IMG/VR virus record: IMGVR_UViG_3300029505_000004
Location: 460 to 64,459 of that record
Reading direction: 5' to 3' (one strand)
From: a virus
Length of the DNA: 64,000 nt
Of the stretch, positions 47,501 through 54,098 are shown piece after piece. The notes beneath the pieces were generated by a model, which saw nothing but the letters and a program-made list of their open reading frames with translations, had not been told where the DNA came from and did not search any database. The position numbers and the translations under genes are program-made. Positions within the stretch are counted from its first letter, which is position 1. Each line of letters starts with the position of its first letter.

Positions 47501-49933
47501 CGACATGTAGTATATGGTCTTATCAGATTGATTTTCATCAACTTTACCTTCGTTATCAAACACAAGGTTTCCGCGAAGAACATTAACAGGATTTTTGGTT
47601 AGCTTGTTATTTACCCGCATGATCGTGCCGGTGGTTGCATTGGTAAGGCTTTCGACTTGTGCTTCCGCTTGTCTCCTTGCATTATCAGCCTGATCTTGCA
47701 CCCAATAATTATAATTAACAAAATCATCATAGGCTTGTTTGTATTTCATTATGTTGTTGGCCGTTTCCGGATCAAATTGAGATATGATAGCCTGATATCC
47801 TTCTTCTGAATTGATGATAGAGTTGAGTTCTTCATCGTTCAAGCTGATCTTAGAACGCGTCTCATTCAGATTGTTGATAATGTTCCTTTTTTCAACAGCA
47901 ATTTCTTCCGGCATCATCTGTTTGTCTGCTTCCTGTAAGGTTTGTTCCTGAAGGACTGAAGATATATACTTGATAGCATTCTTCTTCATATCCGGAGACA
48001 TAGGGCTGGACAGAACATCTTTGACCATGTTGCGGGCCGTTTCAATATCAGCGTCCTGAAGGGCTTCTCTTACACCGGACCAATCTTCGCCCATTGCATC
48101 CTGCATCTGGGTTTCAAAATTACGCATGTTGCGGTAGTTCTTGTATTTATCACGAAGATATCCACCTGTTCCGGCTGCACCAAACAATGCAGACATGGGA
48201 GCAACACCGAGGAACGTATCAATATTCTGATCAAGATCGACAAGCTGTTCAGGTGTCATATCTCCTATTGCGGTAGATACAAGGTTATTGGCAACTTCTT
48301 CGGCATATTCTCCCAATGGATCAGATATCTTGGCACGTCTGGCAATCTCCTGCATTTCCCGGAAGCCTTGACTATTGACAACGTCCTTGAACGCCTTACC
48401 TACTGATGCAGGTATGATCTTTCCAACTTTGTTCGCACCAGTAACACGACCGATATATCCCAACATAGGCGCAAAGTATTCGCCCAGAAGTTCGCTTCCG
48501 GTTTCTGCGGCTGTTGATATTATGGACTTACCGAGTGCTTCCGCTCCAGTCTGTACATTCTCCCGACCATCATAAGATACCGTTCCGTCTGCGTTAGGCT
48601 TAACCTGCACGTCTCCCAGACCTCTACGCTGATAATCTGCGGCCACTCTTGCACTTCCGAATGTGGCGGTGTGCGCTGCAACGTCTCCCAGACCGGCAAC
48701 AGTTCTGGCGGCACCTTTAGCCAGCCCAGTTGTAGCCCGGCCAAGGCCCATTTGTGCAGCCTTATCAGCCGCATACTTAACAATGGCTTTAGACGCTGGT
48801 TTGGTCAAAGCCTGAACTGCACCCATACCGGCAATCATGTCAAGCATGAACGGAAGTGATTCTGCTGTTACACCGCCAGCCTTATAACCTCTTCCAAGAT
48901 CACCGGAATAATACATCTGTGTTGCAGCATTGGTGACAAGAGCCTGCATAAGTGCATCTTCCGAAGGAGTAAGTTCTTCCCCCTTGTCTACTTTGTCCAT
49001 GACTTTCTTTGCGGCAGAATAATTCTTGAGATCCTGCAATCCCATTGCCCATCCGTCCAGTGGTGCGTCCTTGAAACCACGCGCAAACCCGGCAAAGAAG
49101 TTGGTGTTTCCTTTCTTCTTCGCTTCATTGGTAATATTCTGAGCCTGTTCTATTAGGGTAGACGCATATTCCAACTGTTTGTCGGTATCATTCTGCTCCC
49201 CGGCAAGATACGCCTGTGACATGGTTGAGAATATACCGCCATCACCAACAGATCTCACGCGCTGTTGTCTTTCCTTAGCACGTTCCTGCCTTGCCGCATT
49301 GATCAGTTCATTAACGCTGTTGATCTGCTCCTGATTCTGCCTTTTGAACAGTTCAAGATTCTGTTCCTTCATATAGGGATCATTGGCAGACTTCTGTGCC
49401 TGTTCAACTCTCTGCTGTTGGTCAATACCGATTTTACGGACTAGATCCGAAGGATTGTTTTCAAACAGATCTTGCTGGGGCAAAGGCCTTGTGGCAAGAT
49501 TATTCCCCTTGCTCCTGAACATATCAGGAACATTGTCAAGAATGTACCCTTGTGTCTTGGGATCATAAGAAGGCATATCTTGAACTGGCTGTACTTGCGG
49601 CTGTTCCGGCTGAACATTCTGGGTTCTCACATTGGTTGCCGGTTCTTCCTGTGATCTGGCTACCAGTTTGCTCGAAAACGAATCGAAGTCGCCAACATCA
49701 TATCCATCATTTGTAATTGTCTCATACAACGATTTCCGTTTAGTTTCGTCCTGTACATTCTTGCTGAACGAATCGAAGTCGCCAACATCATATCCATCAT
49801 TTGTAATTGTCTCATACAACGATTTCCGTTTAGTTTCGTCCTGTACATTCTTGCTGAACGAATCGAAGTCGCCAATATCATAACCATCTTGGGTTAGTCT
49901 ATCATACAATACTCTTGTCTTATTATCTTCCAT
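38552..49933 (-). CDS. giant polyvalent protein, N-terminal 3793-aa fragment (DarB-like)
   Basis: Carries an N6-adenine MTase, a strawberry-notch/SNF2-like helicase, an HEXXH motif and a pyrophosphatase-like motif. Motifs seen: LEPSAGNG (about 44465-44487) and TNPPFG (about 44299-44316); GDMTGVGKGRQGA (about 43225-43262), ILDESHTAGG (about 42760-42790), STGISLHA and QMRGRIDRTGQ (about 41600-41633); HEGVAH (39644-39661); ENPKGSVRSG...GVDGDHIDVF (about 45645-45800). The last 3 codons and the stop are read from IS sequence. Confidence 0.9.
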   Translation of the reverse strand: MEDNKTRVLYDRLTQDGYDIGDFDSFSKNVQDETKRKSLYETITNDGYDVGDFDSFSKNVQDETKRKSLYETITNDGYDVGDFDSFSSKLVARSQEEPATNVRTQNVQPEQPQVQPVQDMPSYDPKTQGYILDNVPDMFRSKGNNLATRPLPQQDLFENNPSDLVRKIGIDQQQRVEQAQKSANDPYMKEQNLELFKRQNQEQINSVNELINAARQERAKERQQRVRSVGDGGIFSTMSQAYLAGEQNDTDKQLEYASTLIEQAQNITNEAKKKGNTNFFAGFARGFKDAPLDGWAMGLQDLKNYSAAKKVMDKVDKGEELTPSEDALMQALVTNAATQMYYSGDLGRGYKAGGVTAESLPFMLDMIAGMGAVQALTKPASKAIVKYAADKAAQMGLGRATTGLAKGAARTVAGLGDVAAHTATFGSARVAADYQRRGLGDVQVKPNADGTVSYDGRENVQTGAEALGKSIISTAAETGSELLGEYFAPMLGYIGRVTGANKVGKIIPASVGKAFKDVVNSQGFREMQEIARRAKISDPLGEYAEEVANNLVSTAIGDMTPEQLVDLDQNIDTFLGVAPMSALFGAAGTGGYLRDKYKNYRNMRNFETQMQDAMGEDWSGVREALQDADIETARNMVKDVLSSPMSPDMKKNAIKYISSVLQEQTLQEADKQMMPEEIAVEKRNIINNLNETRSKISLNDEELNSIINSEEGYQAIISQFDPETANNIMKYKQAYDDFVNYNYWVQDQADNARRQAEAQVESLTNATTGTIMRVNNKLTKNPVNVLRGNLVFDNEGKVDENQSDKTIYYMSEDGRVKMAPVSMFSSLVDNTPAEEMIQRAGNDAQEEVLQAEEAQINSIPAQEQQPIGPETRFTMGGNNYEVNRVTPDGYEVYLLDENGTPAQSQLMSEEEIRNAINGQQPANGEETQPSVAEQPVQEETSEQPVQENQTAMSRIPLNERGEQDFEAAPIADTSAALLEISDNVDDAKDTVTQMIEYYNNELKKVEKKKSSGNTIQGIIETKKAKKAINDKISYWNQVAADLEAKRPTGLIAQAEEKAKENQQRLASMTAEEQQAAQQEVQKKIDAGAFERKEPRKKVRYVKEDADLGPSITPQEHVLREIATGRVSFSLSDTEGAQGLSSHLGYSNSPEERKKLVWALSSDGLTPEAAAEQIHADMPENLQGMVTDQDVFNMIINAFQEYGSPSKMWDAAKNMHGTDIEENIPGYEEDQERQLIEWEASENRMSVPEWIAYSDYIEEELNNLYSSVTDEELNTIFEQIINDYERRAETESAGSTEGQTDSEQGNTVQPERESDNEGRTGEVEEQPEPAIKTDGKSGSVVPEPEGTVKTDIEAARAEVDQNPTEAQKEAGNYKKGHVKIDGYDVTIENPKGSVRSGKDADGNEWSVTMNNDYGYIHGTEGVDGDHIDVFLSDNPETGDVFVIDQVNPDGTFDEHKVMYGFKSALAAKRAYMANYSKDWTGLGNITRVSKEEFKKWVNSSHRKTKPFAEYKSVVPVSEKETTTNAEDTPAKSNNIVSDERYQELKNRLKQKLGQLNAGIDPEIIAIGAEMAVYHIERGAVKFADYCKAMVDDLGDVIRPYLKSFYSSARYMPQSIENGLSERMSPDSEVSQFDVTNFDKSVPDVMQQIENVAKEKEIEKATSSNDVKKSPSDLFGNSEEYQKKAEQEKEAVSIIGVKIAEKAIAKRNDEQVDPLTMKEVKDILKGYDMLSDMSATDMQELVELAMTNETRLIAESYINGDATKQKQGYDTIVDMYNMQPLLNARDSTRFERQQYSTPTPFGYVMGKFVKDGKTVESVLEPSAGNGALTIAFPANTVHVNDIDERRLENLRTLGYAQVTNQDALIPFEGSVDAVLTNPPFGSTTAKEFDDGQIKISSLEGLMAINALESMKDNGRAAIVIGGNTSYRDNGAMQSKDMKLFAYLYSHYNVVDVINLNGDMYKRNGTKYDVRIILINGRKTGPFKLIAPPVKSKARAEQINSFEELYNRVQDDIRSLQQMGDLFNGTEGETRTTDTEGSGANNNVSNRPKSGERGKSVRPDKKVGSDNDMGSTGNTTASGPEQAERSTAEENAGKLDNADRSNAGSVEPVQEQRGSDNGGSTGGSRNGGSVRSDSGDNTGRSRLSVNLSDEKVPYPNRSQSGTLMSVVPANQAQVLADSLANIGDVDQFLVDQLGYSSKDELFSYLAAEQIDSVSLAINQMNKGNGFIIGDMTGVGKGRQGAALIRYAVRKGYNPIYFTQKPALFSDNYRDLADIGSGDLRPFIIASDPKNAAITDASGNVVHKLPTDKEKKRVFDYIMKNGKLPEEYDYVITTYSQINNGTKEYEPKEDGIAEKDKSYKKKSPSAADKSGQERRDVIQALSKDNIMILDESHTAGGSGGGSMYMQYIMPKVKGVTFLSATFAKRADNMPIYAMKTDLSKSGISPQDMIEAISQGGVTLQEIMSKQLVQSGQMIRRERSFQGVTIDWMPVSEEEDAVQRKQFDEVSSIFSDIRAFQKDYITPIVEGISEELSEQGGYSDLQQGTAELGVTNTPFASKMYNLVNQLLFSLKADAVANRVIENLKNGFKPVISFTNTMEGFLDEAPKDTPMDKVPNFSATLMRALDGVMRYTETNLKGEKENKFFTVNDLPEAGQNKYYEIREKIENLSADLPISPMDAIKMKIQKAGYKVGEITGRTLEMVQDENGKYVIQNRKDRDKKSAARDFNNGQLDVLMVNKSGSTGISLHASPKFEDQRQRVMVFAQFQSDINDEVQMRGRIDRTGQKFRGKYEYIMSSIPAEQRLQMMFKAKLKSLDANTTSSQKSKFNEMEVVDYLNKYGDDVTWQYMLEHPELSEKLGDPLKILTSEGEESQSGDTNTAGKEGCAAKIARYLPFLPVKEQEEVFKDITDAYNVKIQLLNDAGENDLEITTMPLKAKTISKKIWKPGTDPNSGNAFADNTYLEEVEVDVLKKPMKAEEIKSTVSRMTSGEPFNEWLDNRVKEINSLYDGKIATLKERLDQSALERSEKAKKNYIEKSKEARKNGKNEFTDEEIEKMSEVVVEDIMKKSKESFIKQKNVIEARRENIRKQINSFTPMKPLVIPFNLDETLVTIMPSRGMFLGYKFSKDYSPSSSTAIFATLDGRRKVEIPLNQEKAFNSIRMNTMMQPTYLKDLNVDTWDSYVPTQTRKKAYIVTGNLLQALVDTKKSENVKGYLVSYSTIEGDTKQGILMSDSFKPENLTTSAPISSRLIQIQQGETVISEDKRVIVEKNTGWRSGYALKVPKSKKQGGEFFEDNKLRSLADNKEFTTRGNYMVADISSDNLSKVLDRLSKMGVTVSKKAKLENSEDVRFRVSEENQDLNNIKSEDVEETSKKLNVPVEVITSVDQIKDNSVRSAIEKGRKVKGWYSLSDNKVYVYLPNATSMEDVNQTILHEGVAHYGLRQLVGEDRMDDFLDDVFANVTDEVRKKIIDTLPRYGYNSRIATEEYMARMAENGVDVSVWQRIKQAFNSLMRRMGINIKISDNELQYILWRSRQNLDKNKPLDLAKDVAMQYQMGVGNYFREDTDGSIGMYEQSLKGWKYKAQEAYQDSMLALKNLQEVIAKVSGKPIKSFENAYMAENQLSSKNTSEAEVYYKKHYQPMLQEAGKMMKKYGLTQKGIERYMMLAHGIERNVELTFRERLDEVIKNKKGNADQLIQDFKDEKERLRKLYSGYEYLKELSDYIGGVNDYSATQAILNSMDGEEHDNFQEDALNYVKDFEQTYDVKELWNKINDATKTTLRKAYDSGMMGKEQYSNVNNLNQ
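38565..38571. repeat. target-site duplication, right copy (TTATTTA)
   Basis: See the left copy at 37476-37482. Confidence 0.8.
49681..49860. repeat. two identical 90-bp tandem repeats (plus diverged flanking copies) in the 5' end of the polyvalent gene
   Basis: 49681-49770 equals 49771-49860 base for base. A diverged copy starts at 49861. They encode the 30-aa unit DGYD.GDFDSFSKNVQDETKRKSLYETITN. Confidence 0.9.
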
Positions 49934-49934
49934 A

Positions 49935-51029
49935 TCAGAAACCTTCTATTTTTTTCTTTGTGTTTGTTTTTGAAGAGGATCCAAAACCATCAATAGTTTT
50001 CCGATCCTTTTCATAGTTCCCTGTTATATCTCTCTTGTTGTCGATAGATGTCATTATGACTTCTCTCATATCATCAATAGTTGTCGGGTTAGATGTATCC
50101 ATGTTTACTATTTCAGGGAAATATCCAATTTCCACGCCTTCATTGTACATCTTAGCAACATCTTCCGGCTTGTTGAGATCTCTTTGTACGCCATTCTTCC
50201 CAAACCGGACAACAGGATATGTAACCTTTCCTTTCTTGCCCTTAGTTCCGGAAGTTGTGATTTCTCCCTGACGATACTTTTCTCTTTCCATTGCGGCCTT
50301 ATTGTTCATGGCAGCACGGGCTGATGCAGCTTTGTCCTTAACCTTCTGCAAGGCTTTAGCGTCATTGGCTTTCTGTGCCTGCTTAGTCAGGTCCGCGGCA
50401 GTCTGTTTATCCATAAGACCGGCCTTGATAGATGCGTTAAGTTCTGCTAGCATACGATCCTTGTCGGCTTTCAGACGTATAGTCTCCTGCTGGAGCCTTG
50501 CTTCTCTGTCTGCCTTCGCATTGGCCAGTGAATAATTGAGAAGAGTATCATTATATCCGTCACGAAGTCTGTCAAGGGCTTGATTATATGCCGGAACATT
50601 ACTCTTGATAGGTTGAAAAATTCTGGCACCAGCGGCAGAGGAAACTGTCTGTCCAAAAAGGTTCGCTAGGTTTCCCCAGAACTCTGCGGCACGTTGTCTC
50701 TTTATACTTTCCTCGCCAGATTGGTACTTCTGATCAAGAAGGGCCTTAAAGACATCTTCACCATCCTTCACGCGATCAGCAACACTCTTTTGCCGGTTTA
50801 TCTCGTTGGCTGCGTTATTGATCTCTTCGACAGGATTTCTCTGTTCAACCTGATTTTCGGGCTTAAAATCCACTCCAGAAGGATATTTTTGCCCGGAATT
50901 CTGATTTTGGGCGCGTGAGAATTGAAAATTCAGAGACGATCCGGGAGATTCTCCGTAATTTCCCAATCTCGGAAGCCTTGAAGTGTCTACGGGATCAGGT
51001 TTCTTCTTAATGTAGTCGAATAAGCCCAT
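49935..51029 (-). CDS. hypothetical protein, candidate internal/ejection protein
   Basis: 364 aa, Q/A/K-rich coiled regions, immediately upstream of the polyvalent gene. Confidence 0.6.
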   Translation of the reverse strand: MGLFDYIKKKPDPVDTSRLPRLGNYGESPGSSLNFQFSRAQNQNSGQKYPSGVDFKPENQVEQRNPVEEINNAANEINRQKSVADRVKDGEDVFKALLDQKYQSGEESIKRQRAAEFWGNLANLFGQTVSSAAGARIFQPIKSNVPAYNQALDRLRDGYNDTLLNYSLANAKADREARLQQETIRLKADKDRMLAELNASIKAGLMDKQTAADLTKQAQKANDAKALQKVKDKAASARAAMNNKAAMEREKYRQGEITTSGTKGKKGKVTYPVVRFGKNGVQRDLNKPEDVAKMYNEGVEIGYFPEIVNMDTSNPTTIDDMREVIMTSIDNKRDITGNYEKDRKTIDGFGSSSKTNTKKKIEGF

Positions 51030-51541
51030 TATCTACCCCCTTTCTTCTTGTCATACATCGAGAAGGCACTACCGATAAGGCCAAGTCCATTCGACATAAG
51101 TTGCGCACCTCCCTGCTCATTCATCTGGCTCTGTCCAAGTCTTGCATTGAGAATTGCATTTTGGTTCTGCTGATTTGCTGCATCAACTTGCATTTTACGC
51201 TGTGTAGCCTGTGCAGCCAGACCGGTTGCAGTGTTATCCAGTATCTCATTGTTCGCCTGTTGTTGTGCTACGGCGGCTTCTGGAGTTGATCCCATAACAG
51301 CGGCAGTTGCACGTGCTTCCTGATTCTGCTTTTTCAGAGTGTTTTCCACTCTCTTCATTGCGGCCTGTGCTTCGGCTGATTCCATGTAGTTCTGGTAATA
51401 GTTACGATTATACCAGGCATTGTTCTTAGATTCCTGTTCATTGATAAGCCGCTGCTGCTCGCGTGCAGCTTTGGCCGACTTAATTCCCCCGAATATTCCG
51501 GAAGCTAAACCGCCCACGGCTCCTAATATTGCTCCTATCAT
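51029..51541 (-). CDS. hypothetical protein with Gly-zipper N-terminal helix, candidate internal/ejection protein
   Basis: MIGAILGAVGGLASGIFGGI, then a Q/N/A-rich helical region, then C-terminal GLGLIGSAF. First gene of the late - strand operon. Confidence 0.6.
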   Translation of the reverse strand: MIGAILGAVGGLASGIFGGIKSAKAAREQQRLINEQESKNNAWYNRNYYQNYMESAEAQAAMKRVENTLKKQNQEARATAAVMGSTPEAAVAQQQANNEILDNTATGLAAQATQRKMQVDAANQQNQNAILNARLGQSQMNEQGGAQLMSNGLGLIGSAFSMYDKKKGGR

Positions 51542-51632
51542 AATACGTATTATTTTGGTTTATATTGTTAAAGCAAAGAAAGCTAATAATCAGTTATATA
51601 GGTTGCAGTGTTGGGTAATTGTTTTTCGACAT

Positions 51633-51760
51633 TAGTTACAAATGTTGTAACTTTATGTAACTCTTTATATATTTGAACTACAAATAGTTACAACGGCACC
51701 TAAATGTTAATAGTTATTAATTGGTGCATTTTTGTAACTGGTTACAAGAATAGTTACAAC
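51633..51760. promoter_or_regulatory. cluster of GTTACAA/TTGTAAC motifs (operator-like) in a divergent intergenic region
   Basis: Six copies in about 130 bp, including the palindromes GTTACAAATGTTGTAAC (51635-51651) and TTGTAACTGGTTACAA (51732-51747), and TAGTTACAAC at 51685 and 51751. Confidence 0.45.
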
Positions 51761-51761
51761 T

Positions 51762-52319
51762 ATGGCAGAAAAAGAAGAAAAAAAGAAGAGAAACAGACCT
51801 TGTAAAGTGAAGGAAAAAGAGCAGTCGTTAAAGCTGACATATACTGATGAAGATCGCATCAAGGTTGTTCGCCTGTTGATAGACAACGGGATGAACTATG
51901 TTCTTACGCATCGGCAGACCGGCATTAATTCAGCCACAATCAAGCAATGGTATTACAGGTATAAGAAGGATATCGAAGAAAGTAGTACAGCTACTATGAT
52001 TGCCGAAAAGGTAGAGATCGACTTTGCTCGCGCAAAATTGGAACTCCTGCAAAATAACTTCTCCAAATTAAACACTCTTGCTGATGCAGCAATAATGCGT
52101 GCTATTGCCTTGTGTCAGGTCGAAACAGATCTTAATAAGCTGAATGGCACATTAAAGATCATCTTCGACTTGATATGTAAGTTCAACGAATCTTCTCAAG
52201 AGCAACAACAGACTTCTGGCGCAACCATCAACTTCATACAGGAAAGTATTGTCCAGCTAAACCAACTGAAGCAAGATCAGATAGACAAACTAAAGGAAAG
52301 CGCAAAAGATAAGAATTAA
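51762..52319 (+). CDS. HTH DNA-binding protein (regulator, excisionase or small-terminase-like; unresolved)
   Basis: Basic N-terminus, then DEDRIKVVRLLIDNGMNYVLTHRQTGINSATIKQWYYRY, an HTH pattern of transposase-OrfA / TerS type. Convergent with the integrase. Confidence 0.6.
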   Translation: MAEKEEKKKRNRPCKVKEKEQSLKLTYTDEDRIKVVRLLIDNGMNYVLTHRQTGINSATIKQWYYRYKKDIEESSTATMIAEKVEIDFARAKLELLQNNFSKLNTLADAAIMRAIALCQVETDLNKLNGTLKIIFDLICKFNESSQEQQQTSGATINFIQESIVQLNQLKQDQIDKLKESAKDKN

Positions 52320-52321
52320 AA

Positions 52322-52358
52322 TAAAAGCCTGTGCAGCGTTTAACTCACAGGCTTTTTT
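52322..52358. terminator. bidirectional terminator between the HTH gene and the integrase
   Basis: AAAAGCCTGTG...CACAGGCTTTTTT (stem 52326-52353). Confidence 0.7.
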
Positions 52359-52360
52359 AA

Positions 52361-53596
52361 TTATATCCGCATCATTAAAGCTTCATTCCTCAACTCCAGA
52401 TAAGGCTTGTACTTGTCCGGATCATTGACATAATCACACACTCTTGCAACACATATACTGGCTTGCTGGCTCCTGATTTTGGTATAATATCTTATAATGC
52501 CTTTGGCCCGATCGCTATGTCCCAGACAATAATTGATAACTCCGTCCGGCATACCCAGGTCACATGCGAATTGAGCAAAACATTTCCGCGCTGAATAGAA
52601 TATTACTTTCTCTTCTATTCCCAGTTCTTCCGCAAGAAGCGACAAACAATAAGATACATACTGGGAAAAGTTATGATAGGTGTAATTATACCCGAAATCA
52701 AGCTTTCCATCACTCTTGATCCATTCCTGATAATACTTCTTGATATTCTCCGGCATGGTAAAAGATATCCGGTTCTCCTGCTGTGTCCTTCCTGCTGACT
52801 TGGTTCTTACATAGCTGACATCTTCCTTCCGGAAGTCTACGTTCATAAGGTCTATCAGATTCATGCCGCCCAGAGAGAAGGAAAGCATAAACAGATCTCT
52901 TGCCATTCTTAACCTCTTTCTTTCCGGATTGCTGTACATGATCTTACGGAAAGATTCAATACTTAACGATACATCGCGGACCGGTGCCGGTGATATCTTG
53001 GTTGTCGCGAACGGATGAATAGAATAAGTTACCATCTGATCCGATACGGCTTTGTTCACAATGACCTTAATGTGGCTTAGTATAGTATTGATATACGTTT
53101 GGGTTTTCCCGGCCTTCTTTAGTTTATCAGCAAAAGATTTAATCAGGACCGGTGTTATATCCTGCATATCTATATCTCCATTGCAATACTCACAAAAGTA
53201 ACGGGATGATCTCTCCATCAGTTTTGCATACGATGATCTGTTGTTGTCCAGAAGATAACTCACATACTCGTTAGATATTCCGCGAAATGTGACTTCCGTG
53301 TCAGAAGGCCCGGCCTTGATGATGTCTCTCAATTGCTCGCAGGTGTAGATGCCGGTGTTGCGAATGTTATCCAGCCGTTCTTCGTACAGATCCATCATTG
53401 CACGCAACTTTTTATTGAGTGCTGATGCATCCGGGTGCTTGACGATCTTCCCATTTTTAAGCTGGCTTGGATCTGCCAGAATGATTGATGTTACGATGTA
53501 ACTTGTACGCGACTTGTGACGGACCGCAATTCTCAATTTATGCGTTCCATTGATAAGTTGTCTTTCGGGGATAATTACAGGATTGATTGTTGCCAT
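52361..53596 (-). CDS. int: tyrosine-type site-specific integrase
   Basis: 411 aa. Bacteroidota phage-integrase layout, with candidate catalytic-region motifs ARDLFMLSF, SARKCFAQF and LGHSDRAKGIIRYY. Adjacent to a tRNA-derived att core. Confidence 0.9.
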   Translation of the reverse strand: MATINPVIIPERQLINGTHKLRIAVRHKSRTSYIVTSIILADPSQLKNGKIVKHPDASALNKKLRAMMDLYEERLDNIRNTGIYTCEQLRDIIKAGPSDTEVTFRGISNEYVSYLLDNNRSSYAKLMERSSRYFCEYCNGDIDMQDITPVLIKSFADKLKKAGKTQTYINTILSHIKVIVNKAVSDQMVTYSIHPFATTKISPAPVRDVSLSIESFRKIMYSNPERKRLRMARDLFMLSFSLGGMNLIDLMNVDFRKEDVSYVRTKSAGRTQQENRISFTMPENIKKYYQEWIKSDGKLDFGYNYTYHNFSQYVSYCLSLLAEELGIEEKVIFYSARKCFAQFACDLGMPDGVINYCLGHSDRAKGIIRYYTKIRSQQASICVARVCDYVNDPDKYKPYLELRNEALMMRI

Positions 53597-53741
53597 AGCT
53601 GATCTTCAAATTAAAGGTAATTTTTTGGGTACTCTTTTTCTTCCAAAAGTGGAAGAATTTTCCTTTTTTTTGAAGGTTGCCGGAGTTTTTGTGAGAAAAT
53701 CAATAGGGTAAACTCCTTATTTTTCAGCCTGTTATGAATTG

Positions 53742-53783
53742 AGCCGAAAGCGGGACTCGAACCCGCGACTTACTCATTACGAA
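53742..53783 (-). other. attP core candidate: 3' half of a tRNA-Thr(CGT) gene (anticodon loop to discriminator)
   Basis: The - strand reads TTCGTAA (anticodon loop, CGT), TGAGT, AAGTC, then the T-arm GCGGG-TTCGAGT-CCCGC, then TTTCGGC-T. No matching 5' half (acceptor GCCGAAA, D-arm) exists upstream. Confidence 0.6.
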
Positions 53784-53879
53784 TGCAATATCCGACTACC
53801 CTTTAATGTATTGGTTTTTAATCAGTTATAAAGATTTTTTGAAATTTAAAAGGTACTTTTTTGGTATTCAGTTACTCTT

Positions 53880-54098
53880 CTAATAACATATTTTACAAGG
53901 CCGTCTTGATTTCTTTGCTTTCTCCAGCGATATTTCTTTAACATCACCAGAACAATTCCTAAGACCTTTGCAGTCTTTGTATTTATGATATACTTTAGCT
54001 TTTGGCCCGGTACAGATATAAACCGTATCTGATTTATCACTTTGTAAGCCGCACGAAATTAATGCAGCACATGCCATTATACCCAATAACATCTTCAT
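53880..54098 (-). CDS. small lipoprotein with Cys-rich C-terminal motif (moron candidate)
   Basis: Lipobox AALISC. C-terminal YHKYKDCKGLRNC...RRPCKICY. Confidence 0.6.
   Translation of the reverse strand: MKMLLGIMACAALISCGLQSDKSDTVYICTGPKAKVYHKYKDCKGLRNCSGDVKEISLEKAKKSRRPCKICY

Noticed and set aside
38876-49887. About 30 short ORFs (60-180 aa) on both strands inside the 11.4-kb giant gene.
   Set aside because: All lie inside one uninterrupted 3793-codon frame with recognisable enzyme motifs. Their products are low-complexity (S/L/F/C-rich), typical of antisense or off-frame translation.
53742-53815. Possible intact tRNA gene on the - strand next to the integrase.
   Set aside because: Only the segment from anticodon loop to 3' end folds. 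The upstream 30 nt cannot supply the acceptor 5' strand (GCCGAAA), the D-arm or the anticodon-stem 5' strand. It is interpreted as an attP core instead.
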